Source: Eledone cirrhosa (lineage: Eukaryota). From it: 64,000 nucleotides of DNA. The notes below the pieces were generated by a model that saw only the letters and a list, made by a program, of their open reading frames with translations, made no database searches and was not told the origin of the DNA. The DNA lies in contig OZ024761.1 in assembly GCA_964016885.1 (NCBI GenBank), positions 3,906,001 to 3,970,000 of the forward strand, written 5' to 3'. Below, one piece after another: positions 1 to 12,830 of the stretch. The stretch's first letter is position 1. Every line of letters starts with the position of its first letter. Position numbers and translations under genes: made by a program.

Positions 1-67
1 CAATCTTGCCTCAAGTGGGACAATTCCCGTCTAACCCATGCTAGCGTAGAAGATAGACATTAAACGA

Positions 68-104
<37 letters not shown>

Positions 105-153
105 TTATTATGTGTCTGTTCTATGTTTATGTATTTTTCTCTTCAATTTTCAG

Positions 154-245
154 AGTAGAACCATTAAACATTTGTTGATGAAAATATTCAGCAGAAATCA
201 TTTCAGTGAGGCTCTGAGTGTTGAAGCTGGCGGTAAAACTGTAGA
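154..245 (+). CDS. CPD: Carboxypeptidase D exon (first in window; degenerate CP repeat, SRTIKHLL...FSEALSVEAGGKTV)
   Basis: Polypyrimidine tract + cag acceptor at 151-153, gtgagt donor at 246. The peptide aligns by eye to the M14B 'F-LSANLHGG-LV' region and its phase 2 end matches the next exon. The gene continues upstream of the window. Confidence 0.7.
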
Positions 246-469
246 GTGAGTGTTACTACTGCTTCTTACTCCTTCCTCCTTCCTTCTCATCCTCCTTCCC
301 CCCCCCCCCCCCCTCCTCATCCTCCTCCTCCTACTACTACTACTACTACTACTTATCATCATCATTTACCACCTATTTTCCCTACAGACCAAGTCAGCCC
401 TCAATCGGAGCTATTGTCCTCTCATCTTGTTTATTGCAGAGTGGACTGGGTGTCTTTATCATCTTGCCA

Positions 470-950
470 ACACTATCACCCACCTACCTACCTACCTACC
501 CCTACCTACCTATCCACCTACCACTACCTACCCACCTACCTACCCATCCACCCACCCAACTACCTACCTACCCACCTACCTACACACCCACTTACCCACC
601 TACCTACCTACCTAACCCATCTACCCACCCATCTACCCACCCACCTACCTACCCACCTAACTACCTACCTACCTACCTAACTCATCTACCCACCCATCTG
701 CCCACCTACCTACCCACCTACCCACCTACCCACCTACCTACTTACCTACCTACCTACCTACCGACTTACCTACCTACCTAACTACCTGCCTACCTACCTG
801 TCTGCCTACCAACCTACTTACCTACCTACCTACTTACCTACCTACCCACCTACCCACCTACCCACCTACCTACCTACATACCTACCTACCCACCCATCTA
901 CCCACCTACCTACCTACCCACCTACCTACCTACCCTACCCTACCCCCTGC
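470..950. repeat. (CTAC/CCAC)n microsatellite
   Basis: Direct inspection. Confidence 0.95.
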
Positions 951-999
951 CTGTCCCATTACTCCAGTTAATTCACCAATGTAATTCTCTATTGTCCAG

Positions 1000-1192
1000 T
1001 CTACCATTGACCAGTACCACCCTAGCTAAGTACAGCGAGATGGAGCGCTCCCTCTTCCTCTTACTCACCAATGTCATCTCACACAATATTCCACACAACT
1101 ACACAGAGAAACGGTGTCAAGTGAAGGAATCGCACCTGAAACGGCCAGCCTCTGCTTTCAGCGATGTCTTTGATAACTATGGTACTTATACG
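1000..1192 (+). CDS. CPD: CPD exon (LPLTSTT...SLFLLLTNVISHN...KRC...DNYGTYT)
   Basis: ttgtccag acceptor; 1 nt completes the phase-2 codon; acg|gtaggt donor at the same position as GSLL|gtaggt in the paralogous downstream repeat (38008). Confidence 0.7.
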
Positions 1193-4100
1193 GTAGGTCT
1201 TTGATAACTATGGTACTTATACGGTAGGTCTTTGATAACTATGGTACTTATACGGTAGGTCTTTGATAACTATGGTACTTATACAGTAGGTCTTTGATAA
1301 CTATGGTACTTATATGGTAGGTCTTTGATAACTATGGTTCTTATACGGTAGGTCTTTGATAACTATGGTACTTATACGGTAGGTCTTTGATAACTATGGT
1401 ACTTATACGGTAGGTCTTTGATAACTATGGTACTTATACGGTAGGTCTTTGATAACTATGGTACTTATATGGTAGGTCTTTGATAACTATGGTACTTATA
1501 CGGTAGGTCTTTGATAACTATGGTACTTATACGGTAGGTCCTTGATAACTATGGTACTTATACGGTAGGTCCTTGGTAACTATGGTACTTATACGGTAGG
1601 TCTTTGATAACTATGGTTCTTATACGGTAGGACCTTGATAACTATGGTACTTATACGGTAGGTCTTTGATAACTATGGTACTTATACGGTAGGTGTTTGG
1701 TAACTATGGTACTTATACGGTAGGTCTTTGATAACTATGGTACTTATACGGTAGGTCTTTGATAACTATGGTACTTATACGGTAGGTCCTTGATAACTAT
1801 GGTACTTATACGGTAGGTCCTTGATAACTATGGTACTTATACGGTAGGTCTTTGGTAACTATGGTACTTATACGGTAGGTCTTTGATAACTATGGTACTT
1901 ATACGGTAGGACCTTGATAACTATGGTACTTATACGGTAGGTCTTTGATAACTATGGTACTTATACGGTAGGTCTTTGATAACTATGGTACTTATACGGT
2001 AGGACCTTGATAACTATGGTACTTATACGGTAGGTCTTTGATAACTATGGTACTTATACGGTAGGTCTTTGATAACTATGGTACTTATACGGTAGGTCTT
2101 TGATAACTATGGTACTTATACGGTAGGTCTTTGATAACTATGGTACTTATACGGTAGGTCTTTGATAACTATGGTACTTATACGGTAGGTCTTTGATAAC
2201 TATGGTACTTATACGGTAGGTCCTTGATAACTATGGTACTTATACGGTAGGTCCTTGGTAACTATGGTACTTATACGGTAGGTCTTTGATAACTATGGTA
2301 CTTATACGGTAGGTCTTTGATAACTATGGTACTTATACGGTAGGTCTTTGATAACTATGGTACTTATACGGTAGGTCCTTGATAACTATGGTACTTATAC
2401 GGTAGGTCCTTGGTAACTATGGTACTTATACGGTAGGTCTTTGATAACTATGGTACTTATACGGTAGGTCTTTGATAACTATGGATCTTATACGGTAGGA
2501 CCTTGATAACTATGGTACTTATACGGTAGGTCTTTGATAACTATGGTACTTATACGGTAGGTCTTTGGTAACTATGGTACTTATACGGTAGGTCTTTGAT
2601 AACTATGGTACTTATACGGTAGGTCTTTGATAACTATGGTACTTATACGGTAGGTCCTTGATAACTATGGTACTTATACGGTAGGTCCTTGATAACTATG
2701 GTACTTATACGGTAGGTCTTTGATAACTATGGTACTTATACGGTAGGTCTTTGGTAACTATGGTACTTATACGGTAGGTCTTTGGTAACTATGGTACTTA
2801 TACGGTAGGTCTTTGATAACTATGGTACTTATACGGTAGGTCTTTGATAACTATGGTACTTATACGGTAGGTCTTTGATAACTATGGTACTTATACGGTA
2901 GGTCTTTGATAACTATGGTACTTATACGGTAGGTCTTTGATAACTATGGTACTTATATGGTAGGTCTTTGATAACTATGGTACTTATACGGTAGGTCTTT
3001 GGTAACTATGGTACTTATATGGTAGGTCTTTGATAACTATGGTACTTATACAGTAGGTCTTTGATAACTATGGTACTTATACGGTAGGTCTTTGATAACT
3101 ATGGTACTTATACGGTAGGTCTTTGATAACTATGGTACTTATACGGTAGGTCTTTGGTAACTATGGTACTTATACGGTAGGTCTTTGATAACTATGGTAC
3201 TTATACGGTAGGTCTTTGATAACTATGGTACTTATACGGTAGGTCTTTGATAACTATGGTACTTATACGGTAGGTCTTTGATAACTATGGTACTTATACG
3301 GTAGGACCTTGATAACTATGGTACTTATACGGTAGGTCTTTGATAACTATGGTACTTATACGGTAGGTCTTTGATAACTATGGTACTTATACGGTAGGAC
3401 CTTGATAACTATGGTACTTATACGGTAGGTCTTTGATAACTATGGTACTTATACGGTAGGTCTTTGATAACTATGGTACTTATACGGTAGGTCCTTGATA
3501 ACTATGGTACTTATACGGTAGGTCTTTGATAACTATGGTACTTATACGGTAGGTCTTTGATAACTATGGTACTTATACGGTAGGTCTTTGGTAACTATGG
3601 TACTTATACGGTAGGTCTTTGATAACTATGGTACTTATACGGTAGGTCTTTGGTAACTATGGTTCTTATACGGTAGGTCTTTGATAACTATGGTACTTAT
3701 ACGGTAGGTCTTTGATAACTATGGTACTTATACGGTAGGTCTTTGATAACTATGGTACTTATACGGTAGGTCTTTGGTAACTATGGTTCTTATACGGTAG
3801 GTCTTTGGTAACTATGGTACTTATACGGTAGGTCTTTGATAACTATGGTACTTATACGGTAGGTCTTTGATAACTATGGTACTTATACGGTAGGTCTTTG
3901 GTAACTATGGTTCTTATATGGTAGGTCTTTGATAACTATGGTACTTATACGGTAGGTCTTTGATAACTATGGTACTTATACGGTAGGTCTTTGATAACTA
4001 TGGTACTTATACGGTAGGTCTTTGGTAACTATGGTTCTTATATGGTAGGTCTTTGATAACAACAGTTTCTTATACGGTAGGTCTTTAGTAAATACAGTTT

Positions 4101-4410
4101 CTTATACGGTAGGTCTTTGATAACAATAGTTTCTTATACGGTAGGTCTTTGATAACAACAATTCTTATACAGTAGGTCTTTGGTGACTATGGTACTTATA
4201 CGGTAGGTCTTTGATAACAACAGTTTCTTATACGGTAGGTCTTTAGTAACTATGGTACTTATATGGTAGGTCTTTGATAACTATGGTACTTATACGGAAG
4301 GTCTTTGATAGCAACAGTTTCTTATACGGTAGGTCTTTAGTAAATACAGTTTCTTATACGGTAGGTCTTTGATAACAACAGTTCTTATACGGCAGGACTT
4401 TGATGACTAT
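1166..4410 (+). repeat. 31-bp minisatellite (gtctttgataactatggtacttatacggtag), about 100 copies
   Basis: Period of 31 measured between 1201 and 1232; array degenerates after about 4050; the first copy overlaps the exon end and splice donor. Confidence 0.97.
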
Positions 4411-4485
4411 GGGTGCTTAAGCTTAAACAGTAGGTCTTTGAGGAATTTATATATTTCTGCCTGTTTTTCATTCATTTTTCCAAAG

Positions 4486-4527
4486 GTAGAACCAGGTCGG
4501 GCTAGAGGGGAGCAGTTGGGTTTTCAG
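4486..4527 (+). CDS. CPD: CPD putative 42-nt micro-exon (VEPGRARGEQLGFQ)
   Basis: Pyrimidine tract + aag acceptor, cag|gtgagt donor, phase 0/0. It fills the gap equivalent to the 'DWNY...CFE' segment before the LIMRIACC exon. Sequence similarity is weak. Confidence 0.5.
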
Positions 4528-5481
4528 GTGAGTCAGTTGCTATGGACTTATGCTTTGAAGATGGAGGACTATATCCTTGATGGTACCACTTCAGGGTTCA
4601 CTTTTAATGGATCAGTTTTAATGGATCAGTTTTAGAAAGACTGTTTCAATGGTACATTTTAAACAGGACTGCAGGGCCTTCTTGCCAAAGTTGGGGTGCA
4701 CTAGATGGTACTGATTCTCTCTTCACTTTTCAATGAGGCACCCTCAGATTTAGAAAGATTTATGGTGATATTATTAGTGTCTCATCAGAATATTCTGAAG
4801 CCCTCACCCTCAGGGCACCTTACCTGGCGACATACTTGATGACTGCGTTGGAAATACAATTTTGCTAGTCAGAATTTAAAGGTACAGCTCTAATAAATTG
4901 ACACAGCTTAAATATGGTTTGTTTAATGGTATGACTGGTTTAATGGTACAGTTTTAATAGGGTCATTTTGATGTCAGTTTTAGTAGGGTTTCTTTAATGG
5001 TTTGTTTTAATATGATTGTTTAATGGTATTATTTTAATAGGGCCGTTTTAATGGTATTATTAAAATAAAAACTATTCAATGGCTCGGTTTTAATAGAACT
5101 GCTTTGGTGGTGCTGTTTTAACAGGACTGTTTAAGGTACAGTTTTAATTGAACAATGATAATGGTATAGTCTAACAGGGTTGTTTTAATGGTTCAGATTT
5201 AATAGGATTATTTCAGTGGTATGGTTTTAACAAGGCTGTTTTAATTGATATTTTAACAGTGCAGTTTTAATGGGCTTACTTTGATTGTACAATTTAACAG
5301 GACTGTTTCAATAATTAACTTTTAACAGGCCTGCTTTGATGGTACATCTTCAGTGAACACATTTTCAATTGGGTGGGTCCATTTTGAAGGGGGTGGAGAT
5401 TTAATGTGAACATTTTGAATAAATAGTTTGTTGAATAATTTCACCTGAAAAATTTAATCCTTAAACGTTCTAAACCTTCAG

Positions 5482-5590
5482 TTGATCATGCGCATTGCTT
5501 GCTGTGAGAACCTCCCATATTCCGACATTGCTGAAGTCTGGTCCAGCAGTCTACCTCCTTTAATGAGCTTCCTTAGGAAATCTACTCAAG
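5482..5590 (+). CDS. CPD: CPD exon (LIMRIACCENLPYSDIAEVWSSSLPPLMSFLRKSTQG)
   Basis: cttcag acceptor, g|gtaagg donor. Matches the M14B C-terminal pattern 'TIELGC-KYP...L..W..N...L..F....HQG'. Not in the ORF track. Confidence 0.85.
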
Positions 5591-5879
5591 GTAAGGGGCC
5601 ACCTCACACTGTTGTCTTTTTAACTTTTATTAACTTTGATACTTATTCCAGTGTTCTTTGAACTTACAGCACATAAACCTGACATGGACATACACAGACA
5701 TACATACAGACACATACACAGACATACAGACACATACACATATATACATACAGACGCATACACAGACACATACATACATACATACACATACATACACACA
5801 CATACATACACACATAAAGACACACATAGACACAGACATACACACACATACATACATACATATATACACACACATACAC

Positions 5880-5910
<31 letters not shown>

Positions 5911-6074
5911 TATACATGCATACACATAGACAGGTATACACATACAGACACATACACACACATACAGACACATACATACATCCACACACATATACACACA
6001 CATCCACACATCCACACACATCCACAAATACACACACATACATACATACACACACATACACATACATACACACA

Positions 6075-6490
6075 CATATGGACATGTGATGAGTTGAGAG
6101 AGAAACTGTGTATAAGAGGGATAGGCTGTAGTGTGCAGGAGAGAAGACTGAGATGGTATGGACATGTGATGTGTTGAGAGTGAAACTGTGTATAAGAGGG
6201 ATAGGCTGTAGTGTGCAGGAGAGAAGACTGAGATGGTATGGACATGTGATGTGTTGAGAGTGAAACTGTGTATAAGAGGGATAGGCTGTAGTGTGCAGGA
6301 GAGAAGACTGAGATGGTATGGACATGTGATGTGTTGAGAGTGAAACTGTGTATAAGAGGGATAGGCTGTAGTGTGCAGGAGAGAAGACTGAGATGGTATG
6401 GACATGTGATGTGTTGAGAGTGAAACTGTGTATAAGAGGGATAGGCTGTAGTGTGCAGGAGAGAAGACTGAGATGGTATGGACATGTGAT
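6075..6490 (+). repeat. 80-bp tandem repeat (about 5 copies) derived from an RTE-like LINE ORF
   Basis: ataggctgta recurs at 6121/6201/6281/6361/6441; the unit translates LRVKLCIRGIGCSVQERRLRWYGHVM, similar to the LINE fragment at 39150. Confidence 0.85.
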
Positions 6491-6495
6491 ACATA

Positions 6496-7356
6496 TCTAT
6501 AATGACGCACGCTTATAATATCTGTCTGTCTGACTGCCTGTCTGCATTGACTTAGCTTCTAACCAATTTTTAATTAATAACGTTTTTCAAAATATTTACT
6601 TCTGCATTCACAGATTGATTTTTTTAGTTTCAGAAGATCCCGTTAAGGGTGAAAGCAGCGATTCTTTGCTTAAACTTTAATCTGTTATTTTAATATATAT
6701 ATATATATATATATAATTATATATTCGTGTACAGATATTTTTGCGTACACAAAAACAAAATATAAACAAACGTATTTATTTCCCGAAAGCACAGATGGCT
6801 TATCGTCATTGTTACTGCCGATATGCCACCCAAAAAGTCCCAGCCTGGCCGCAAGATCAGATTTTCCAGAAGAAAAAATGTTATTAGAGCAACAGAGAGA
6901 CTAAGCTTCGCGATTACCATCAACAAAGCTCAGGGTCAAACCCTAAAAGTGGCTGGCCTTCATCTGGGAAAAACCATGCTTCTCCCATGGTCAATTATAT
7001 GTAGGATGCTCTAGGGTGAGCTCGCCAAACAATCTCTTCATCTTTGCTCCCGAGGGCCAAACAAAAAAAATTGTATACTCTGAGGCTCTAACAATGTAAT
7101 TTATGTATTTTCTCTTACTTGGAATTTCCATTATGGTTGTACAAATTATTGTAAAGTTTGTTAAAAAATTTGTTCTCTGTTCAGCCTTTATTGTTGTAAC
7201 TAAAAACTATTCAAACCCAGCATCAGAGCACGTTACCCCCCCCCCTCGATGACTTGAGAGGGCGTGCGATATCTTTGCATTGGAGTGAAGGGCGGATTCC
7301 TGAAAAGATAAAATGCTGGTATACCTAGCTGAGCGTCAGCCGGACAGGCCAGCTAG
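6496..7356 (+). mobile_element. Non-autonomous Helitron with a Pif1 C-terminal fragment
   Basis: a|TCTATAAT 5' end; SFAITINKAQGQTL...HGQLYVGCSRV fragment (about 6900-7095, frameshifted); GC-rich hairpin then CTAG|t 3' end. Confidence 0.75.
6626..6676 (+). ncRNA. Hammerhead-shaped motif with U4A core (CAGAAGA)
   Basis: agttt-CAGAAGA-tccc(gttaa)gggt-GAAA-gca...tgc-TT-aaact; all three stems pair; near-identical copies on the - strand at 29885-29935 and 32886-32936. Confidence 0.45.
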
Positions 7357-7404
7357 TATTGTATAAAGCTATGCTCGAAGCGAAATCTTATTTCTTATAT
7401 ATAT

Positions 7405-8100
7405 ATCCCAAGAAGACCTGGGAGGAGGTGATAAAAGCTGATCTTGCCCAATTGCACCTCTCAAAGGTGATGACACAGGACCGAGACCTCTGGCGTTACG
7501 CAGTAATACAGAAGACCTGACTTAGCACAGGTACACCGAAGCTGAAGCATATAGACAGTATGCTCCCACCCCCTTTCCACTGTAAAGTGGTCGTGGAAGT
7601 GTCATGACGAAAAGCACCCAGTCCATACTGGGAATGTGGTTTGTGTTAGGAAGGGCATCCAGCTGTATAAACCAAGCCAAAATCAGTTCTGTATGAACAA
7701 GGCAGGGTCACCTGACCTGGCATTGCCCACAACAGGCCAACTCCTCTAACCCATGCTAGCGTGGAAGAATGGAGGTAAAACGGTGATGATGGTGATGATG
7801 ATAATATATATATATACATACATGATATATATCATCATCATCATCGTTTGACGTCTATCTTCCACTTTAGAATGGGTTAGACGGGAATTGTCCCACTCGA
7901 GGCAAGATTGATATGGTGACTGTGTCTCGCTCGTATAGAACTGTATCTGGCAGGTTTTCTACGGCAGGATGCCCTTCCTAACACCAACCATATTTACAGT
8001 GTGGACATGACCACTTTACAGCGTGGGCTGGGTGTTTTTTTGTCGTGACACCTACACGACCTCTTTAGTTTGGACTGGATGTTGTGGTACCAACATAACT
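7405..8100. mobile_element. Two tail-to-tail 3' fragments of an RTE-like LINE/SINE-tail family
   Basis: Shared tail gttaggaagggcatccagctgta...aacccatgctagc...(gat)n on + (7405-7802) and - (7830-8100). The same tail recurs at about 1-70, 8880-9100, 39890-40480 and 54780-54990. Confidence 0.75.
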
Positions 8101-8199
8101 TTACACAGAAAGGGTGGTGTTGTTCGGAGTGGGAGGATGGAGTAAGGGTAGTGGATTGGGGTCTATATTTAGTTAGAAGGGACCTACTGACTGTAGGTT

Positions 8200-8830
8200 A
8201 ACTTTGTACGTAGGGAAGGCGGGTATAGGAGATAGAGAATAAAGAATAAGGATTCGAAGATGAAACATAAAGGATAGGAATAAGAATTGGAGAACAGTAA
8301 ATAGATAAATAGACAATAAAAAGTGAAAGGGACAGTGATGATATATGGGTGATTAAGGTTCGGTAGATTGATTGTTTTATCTTAATGGAGGTGATGTGAC
8401 TATAGAGAGAGAGAGTGAAAGAAAGGTTGGGGGATTCATGATGATTTAATGACTAGTTGGTCAACTGACAGCTAATAACAGGGAGTGAGGTGAGGTTAGT
8501 ACATTTAAATCCAGGTGGTTTTCACTGAATACTGAGATCGCTAGATCGAATTATGCCAGTCGCGGTTTGAATTTGGAGAATTTGGTGGCTGCTTGGTGCC
8601 TACAGAAGATTGTTTGCTCTATCTTGTTATTAAGTAACATTTCATTATATTTTAAAATATGGAGCAGCTCCATATTGCATAGTTCACAGTGGAACATTCC
8701 ATTTTTCTAGGCCCTTGCACTCGATAACTTCGACCAGCTAATCTCATATTCCTGATTATATTAAACTCTCCACAGTACAGAGTATTCACAACCTCTAACT
8801 GGATTACCTTAAACGATACTGTTGTTATCC
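8200..8830 (-). mobile_element. Penelope-like element 3' fragment (GIY-YIG C-terminus)
   Basis: The minus strand reads YEISWSKL..A*..G.FHCELCNMELLHIL...LLNNKIE..IFCRH..ATKFSKFKP, homologous to ORF 50659-51186; ends at (TA)n. Confidence 0.75.
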
Positions 8831-8881
<51 letters not shown>

Positions 8882-9099
8882 CATCATCACCGTTTTACGT
8901 CCGTTCTTCCACACTAGCATGGGTTAGACGGGTTGTCCTGTTGTGGGCAGTGTCCGGTCAGCTGACCTTGCTCCAGTTTACGGGAACTGATTCTGGCTTG
9001 ATTTCTACAGCTGGATGCCCTTCCTAACACCAACCTCATTTACTGTGAGTGCTGGGTGCTTTTTCGCCGTGGCACCTCCACGACCACTTTACTGTGGAA

Positions 9100-9270
9100 T
9101 GATAAGGACCCCAGTCCCTATCATCTCATTTCTACAGCTGAGTAAACTGGAGCAATGTGAAATAAAGTGTCTTGCTCAAGGAAACAACACATCACCCGGT
9201 CTGAGAATTGAACTCACAACCTTTCGATTGCAAGCCCAATGCTCTAACCACTAAGCCATGTACCTTCATG
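9100..9270 (-). mobile_element. tRNA-derived SINE
   Basis: Reverse complement of the head at 39738 (tggcttagtggttagag A-box, gagttcaattc B-box, ccttgagcaagacactttatttcacattgctccag body). Confidence 0.8.
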
Positions 9271-9354
9271 TATATATATAAATATATAAACACTGTAGAA
9301 AATGTATATAATAATAACTTTTTTCTTTCTAATTTTCTTCTGGAACATTGGTAG

Positions 9355-9507
9355 GTGTGTCTGGATACGTGAGTGTTCAGAATAAACCAGTGGTTGGTGC
9401 CTCTTTAACCATAGACTCTGGTTCTAAACCTGTCTTAACCAATAACAATGGTGTCTTTTATGCAATGGCGACCCAAGGACTACATACCCTAGTAATATCA
9501 GCTCCAG
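9355..9507 (+). CDS. CPD: CPD exon, transthyretin-like subdomain (GVSGYV...PVVGASLTI...TNNNGVFY...GLHTLVISAPG)
   Basis: tag acceptor in phase 1 completing Gly; gtaaat donor; classic M14B beta-sandwich motif. Confidence 0.9.
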
Positions 9508-9611
9508 GTAAATATACATTTTCTTTAGATCTACAGCTAGGCTCCTTTTTTGTCTGTATACACACAGACACACACATATGTGTGTGTCTGTCTGTATATA
9601 ATTGTGCATAT

Positions 9612-12500
9612 ATATCATCATCATCATCATCATTTTACGTCCGCTTTTCCCTGCTTGCAAGGGTTGGACGGGTCCTATTCAGCACAGCATCTCTCCACTT
9701 GTCATGGTCCTTCGTCATCTCCTCCATGAGTTTCAGCGATCTGAGGTCTGCTCTCACCACCTCCGCCCATGTTTTTCGTGGTCTTCCTCTACTGCGTCTT
9801 CCTTCAACTGGGATTTCTTGGCACTTTTTTACCCAGGGGTGATCCTCCATGCGCATCACATGTCCATATATATGTATATATAAGGATAAAGAACCCCTAA
9901 CTCCTTGTGGTGTCGTAGAGGCACCACCATATGGTGTGTCTAGGGCAATCTTGGTGTTCGCTGTTAGTTTTCTGTTCTCCCAGACTCTCTTTGTCAGCCT
10001 GGCAAATGTGGAGGCTGCTCGCCAAACTCTCCTGCTGATCCCAGGGTCCAGGGAGAGGTTGTCAGTCAAACTCTCCTGCTGATCTCAGGGTCTAGGGAGA
10101 GGTTGTCAGTCAAACTCTCCTGTTGATCTCAGGGTCTAGGGAGAGGTTGTCAGTCAAACACTCCTGCTGATCTCAGGGTCTAGGGAGAGGTTGTCAGTCA
10201 AACTCTCCTGCTGATCTCAGGGTCTAGGGAGAGGTTGTCAGTCAAACTCTCCTGCTGATCTCAGGGTCTAGGGAGAGGTTGTCAGTCAAACACTCCTGCT
10301 GATCTCAGGGTCTAGGGAGAGGTTGTCAGTCAAACTCTCCTGCTGATCTCAGGGTCTAGGGAGAGGTTGTCAGTCAAACTCTCCTGCTGATCTCAGGGTC
10401 TAGGGAGAGGTTGTCAGTCAAACTCTCCTGCTGATCTCAGGGTCTAGGGAGAGGTTGTCAGTCAAACTCTCCTGCTGATCCCAGGGTCTAGGGAGAGGTT
10501 GTCAGTCAAACTCTCCTGTTGATCTCAGGGTCTAGGGAGAGGTTGTCAGTCAAACTCTCCTGCTGATCTCAGGGTCTAGGGAGAGGTTGTCAGTCAAACT
10601 CTCCTGTTGATCTCAGGGTCTAGGGAGAGGTTGTCAGTCAAACTCTCCTGCTGATCTCAGGGTCTAGGGAGAGGTTGTCAGTCAAACTCTCCTGTTGATC
10701 TCAGGGTCTAGGGAGAGGTTGTCAGTCAAACTCTCCTGCTGATCTCAGGGTCTAGGGAGAGGTTGTCAGTCAAACTCTCCTGTTGATCTCAGGGTCTAGG
10801 GAGAGGTTGTCAGTCAAACTCTCCTGCTGATCTCAGGGTCTAGGGAGAGGTTGTCAGTCAAACTCCCCTGCTGATCTCAGGGTCTAGGGAGAGGTTGTCA
10901 GTCAAACTCTCCTGCTGATCTCAGGGTCTAGGGAGAGGTTGTCAGTCAAAATCTCCTGCTGATCTCAGGGTCTAGGGAGAGGTTGTCAGTCAAACTCTCC
11001 TGCTGATCTCAGGGTCTAGGGAGAGGTTGTCAGTCAAAATCTCCTGCTGATCTCAGGGTCTAGGGAGAGGTTGTCAGTCAAACTCTCCTGCTGATCTCAG
11101 GGTCCAGGGAGAGGTTGTCAGTCAAAATCTCCTGCTGATCTCAGGGTCCAGGGAGAGGTTGTCAGTCAAAATCTCCTGTTGATCTCAGGGTCCAGGGAGA
11201 AGTTGTCAGTCAAAATCTCCTGCTGATCTAGGGTCTAGGGAGAGGTTGTCAGTCAAACTCTCCTGCTGATCTCAGGGTCCAGGGAGAGGTTGTCAAGTGA
11301 TGGTAGAACCAAGGTAGATGAATTTGTGGACCACCTCCAGCTCATAGTTGTTGATAGTGATGGTAGGGGTACTTGACACTTTAGCCCAGTGTATTGGTTT
11401 TCTTCAGACTAATGGTCAGGCTGAATTCCTGGCAGGCCCTCAAGAGTTTGTTCATGTGGTGTTGTATTTGCTCCTCAGGGTACACTGCCGATGCAGCGTC
11501 ATTCACAAACAGCATTTTGGATTTCACTTTCAGCTTTGACGCCTGGTGTGGAGGTAGACAGCTTCAGGTGACGTTCCAAAATGTTTTAGCATGACTGCGA
11601 AAAAGATGCCAAACAGACTGAGGACTAGCACACAGCTCTGCTTCACACCTCTACATATGTTAAATACCTCTGAGAAAGAGCCATCAAATTGAACGACACC
11701 TTTCATATCTGCATGAAATGACTGGACTATCCTTAGAATTGTTGGAGGACAACTAATCCCGACAAGGATCTTGAACAGGCCGTCTCTATTAACTAGACCG
11801 AACGCCTTCATGAGGTCGATGAAGGTGGTGTAGAGTGGTTGCCTTTGCTCTCAGCACTTCTGTAGCTGTTGAAGAGAGAAGATCATATCAATGGTGGAGA
11901 GTTCTGACCTGAAACCACACTGAAATTTGATGTGTACCCTCTCAACGATTTTCTGTAGTTTGTTCAAGACCACGCGGGCAATGACCTTCCCAACGATGCT
12001 TAGCAACAAGATGCTTTGGTAGCTATTGCAGTCACTTCTGTCCCCTTTGTTCTTATAGTGGGTGACAATGTTTCAGTCTCTCATATCTTGTGGGACCGTT
12101 CCCTCAGCACTGACACAGTAGTTTCAACAAGTGGCTAAGTAGAACTCCCATTCAACACCCTGATCACCTCTGTGGGGATGCTGTCACATTCTGGCACCTT
12201 TCCAACAGGTAAGCCATCAATGGCTCTGCACAGTTCTTCAGCAGTCAGCAATACATCTAGCTTCTCCATGACTGGCAGGTGTTCCACGGGGTCTAGTGTG
12301 TTGACCAAGATACTGTTTTCCCTGCCATAAAGTGCAAAGTAATGTTCTACCCATCTCTCCAAATGCTCTCTTTTGCCTTTAATGACCTCACCTGTTCTGG
12401 ATTTGAGTGGAGCTGTCTTGCTCTGGGCTGGGCCAATGGCTTTTTTGATGCCCTCGTATATTCCCCCAATGTTACCTGTGTCAAATGATAGCTGGATCTA
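9612..12500 (-). mobile_element. Degraded RTE-clade LINE reverse transcriptase region plus LINE 3' tail
   Basis: Fragments ERWVEHY, KAFGLVNRDGLFKIL..GVKQSCVL..LFGIFF, AASTFARLTKRVWENRKL and GHVMRM..RGRPRKTW; many stops and frameshifts. Confidence 0.85.
10024..11295. repeat. 44-bp minisatellite (about 29 copies) expanded from within the LINE RT sequence
   Basis: caaactctcc recurs at 10067 and 10111; the unit encodes TDNLSLDP on the - strand, collinear with the flanking LINE. Confidence 0.95.
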
Positions 12501-12524
12501 CAGGTAGGCTCCTTTTTTGTCCAT

Positions 12525-12564
<40 letters not shown>

Positions 12565-12830
12565 GTGTATATGCATATAAATGTGTGTGTGTGTATGTAT
12601 ATATGTATGTGGGTATATATTATATATATATATATATAGTATATATGTATATATATACATATATATATATATATACACATATATATATATATATATATAT
12701 AACGAAGGAAATGTGGTAAGGAACCAGGTGGACCATAACGCACCAACGCATAACGCACCATAACGCATAACGAGTCCAGAATTAGCCGTCGAAACGGCTT
12801 GAGCTCAGCTGTCGGGGTCTTACTGGTTCC

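Noticed and set aside
1166-4410. CRISPR-like array (31-bp repeats); likewise the 38-, 44- and 46-bp arrays
   Set aside because: Units are head-to-tail with no unique spacers, there are no cas genes, and the context is a eukaryotic intron.
4600-5350. Possible coding or regulatory signal in the gtttaatggtacagttttaacaggact-like region
   Set aside because: Appears to be an old, degenerate short tandem repeat with stops in all frames.
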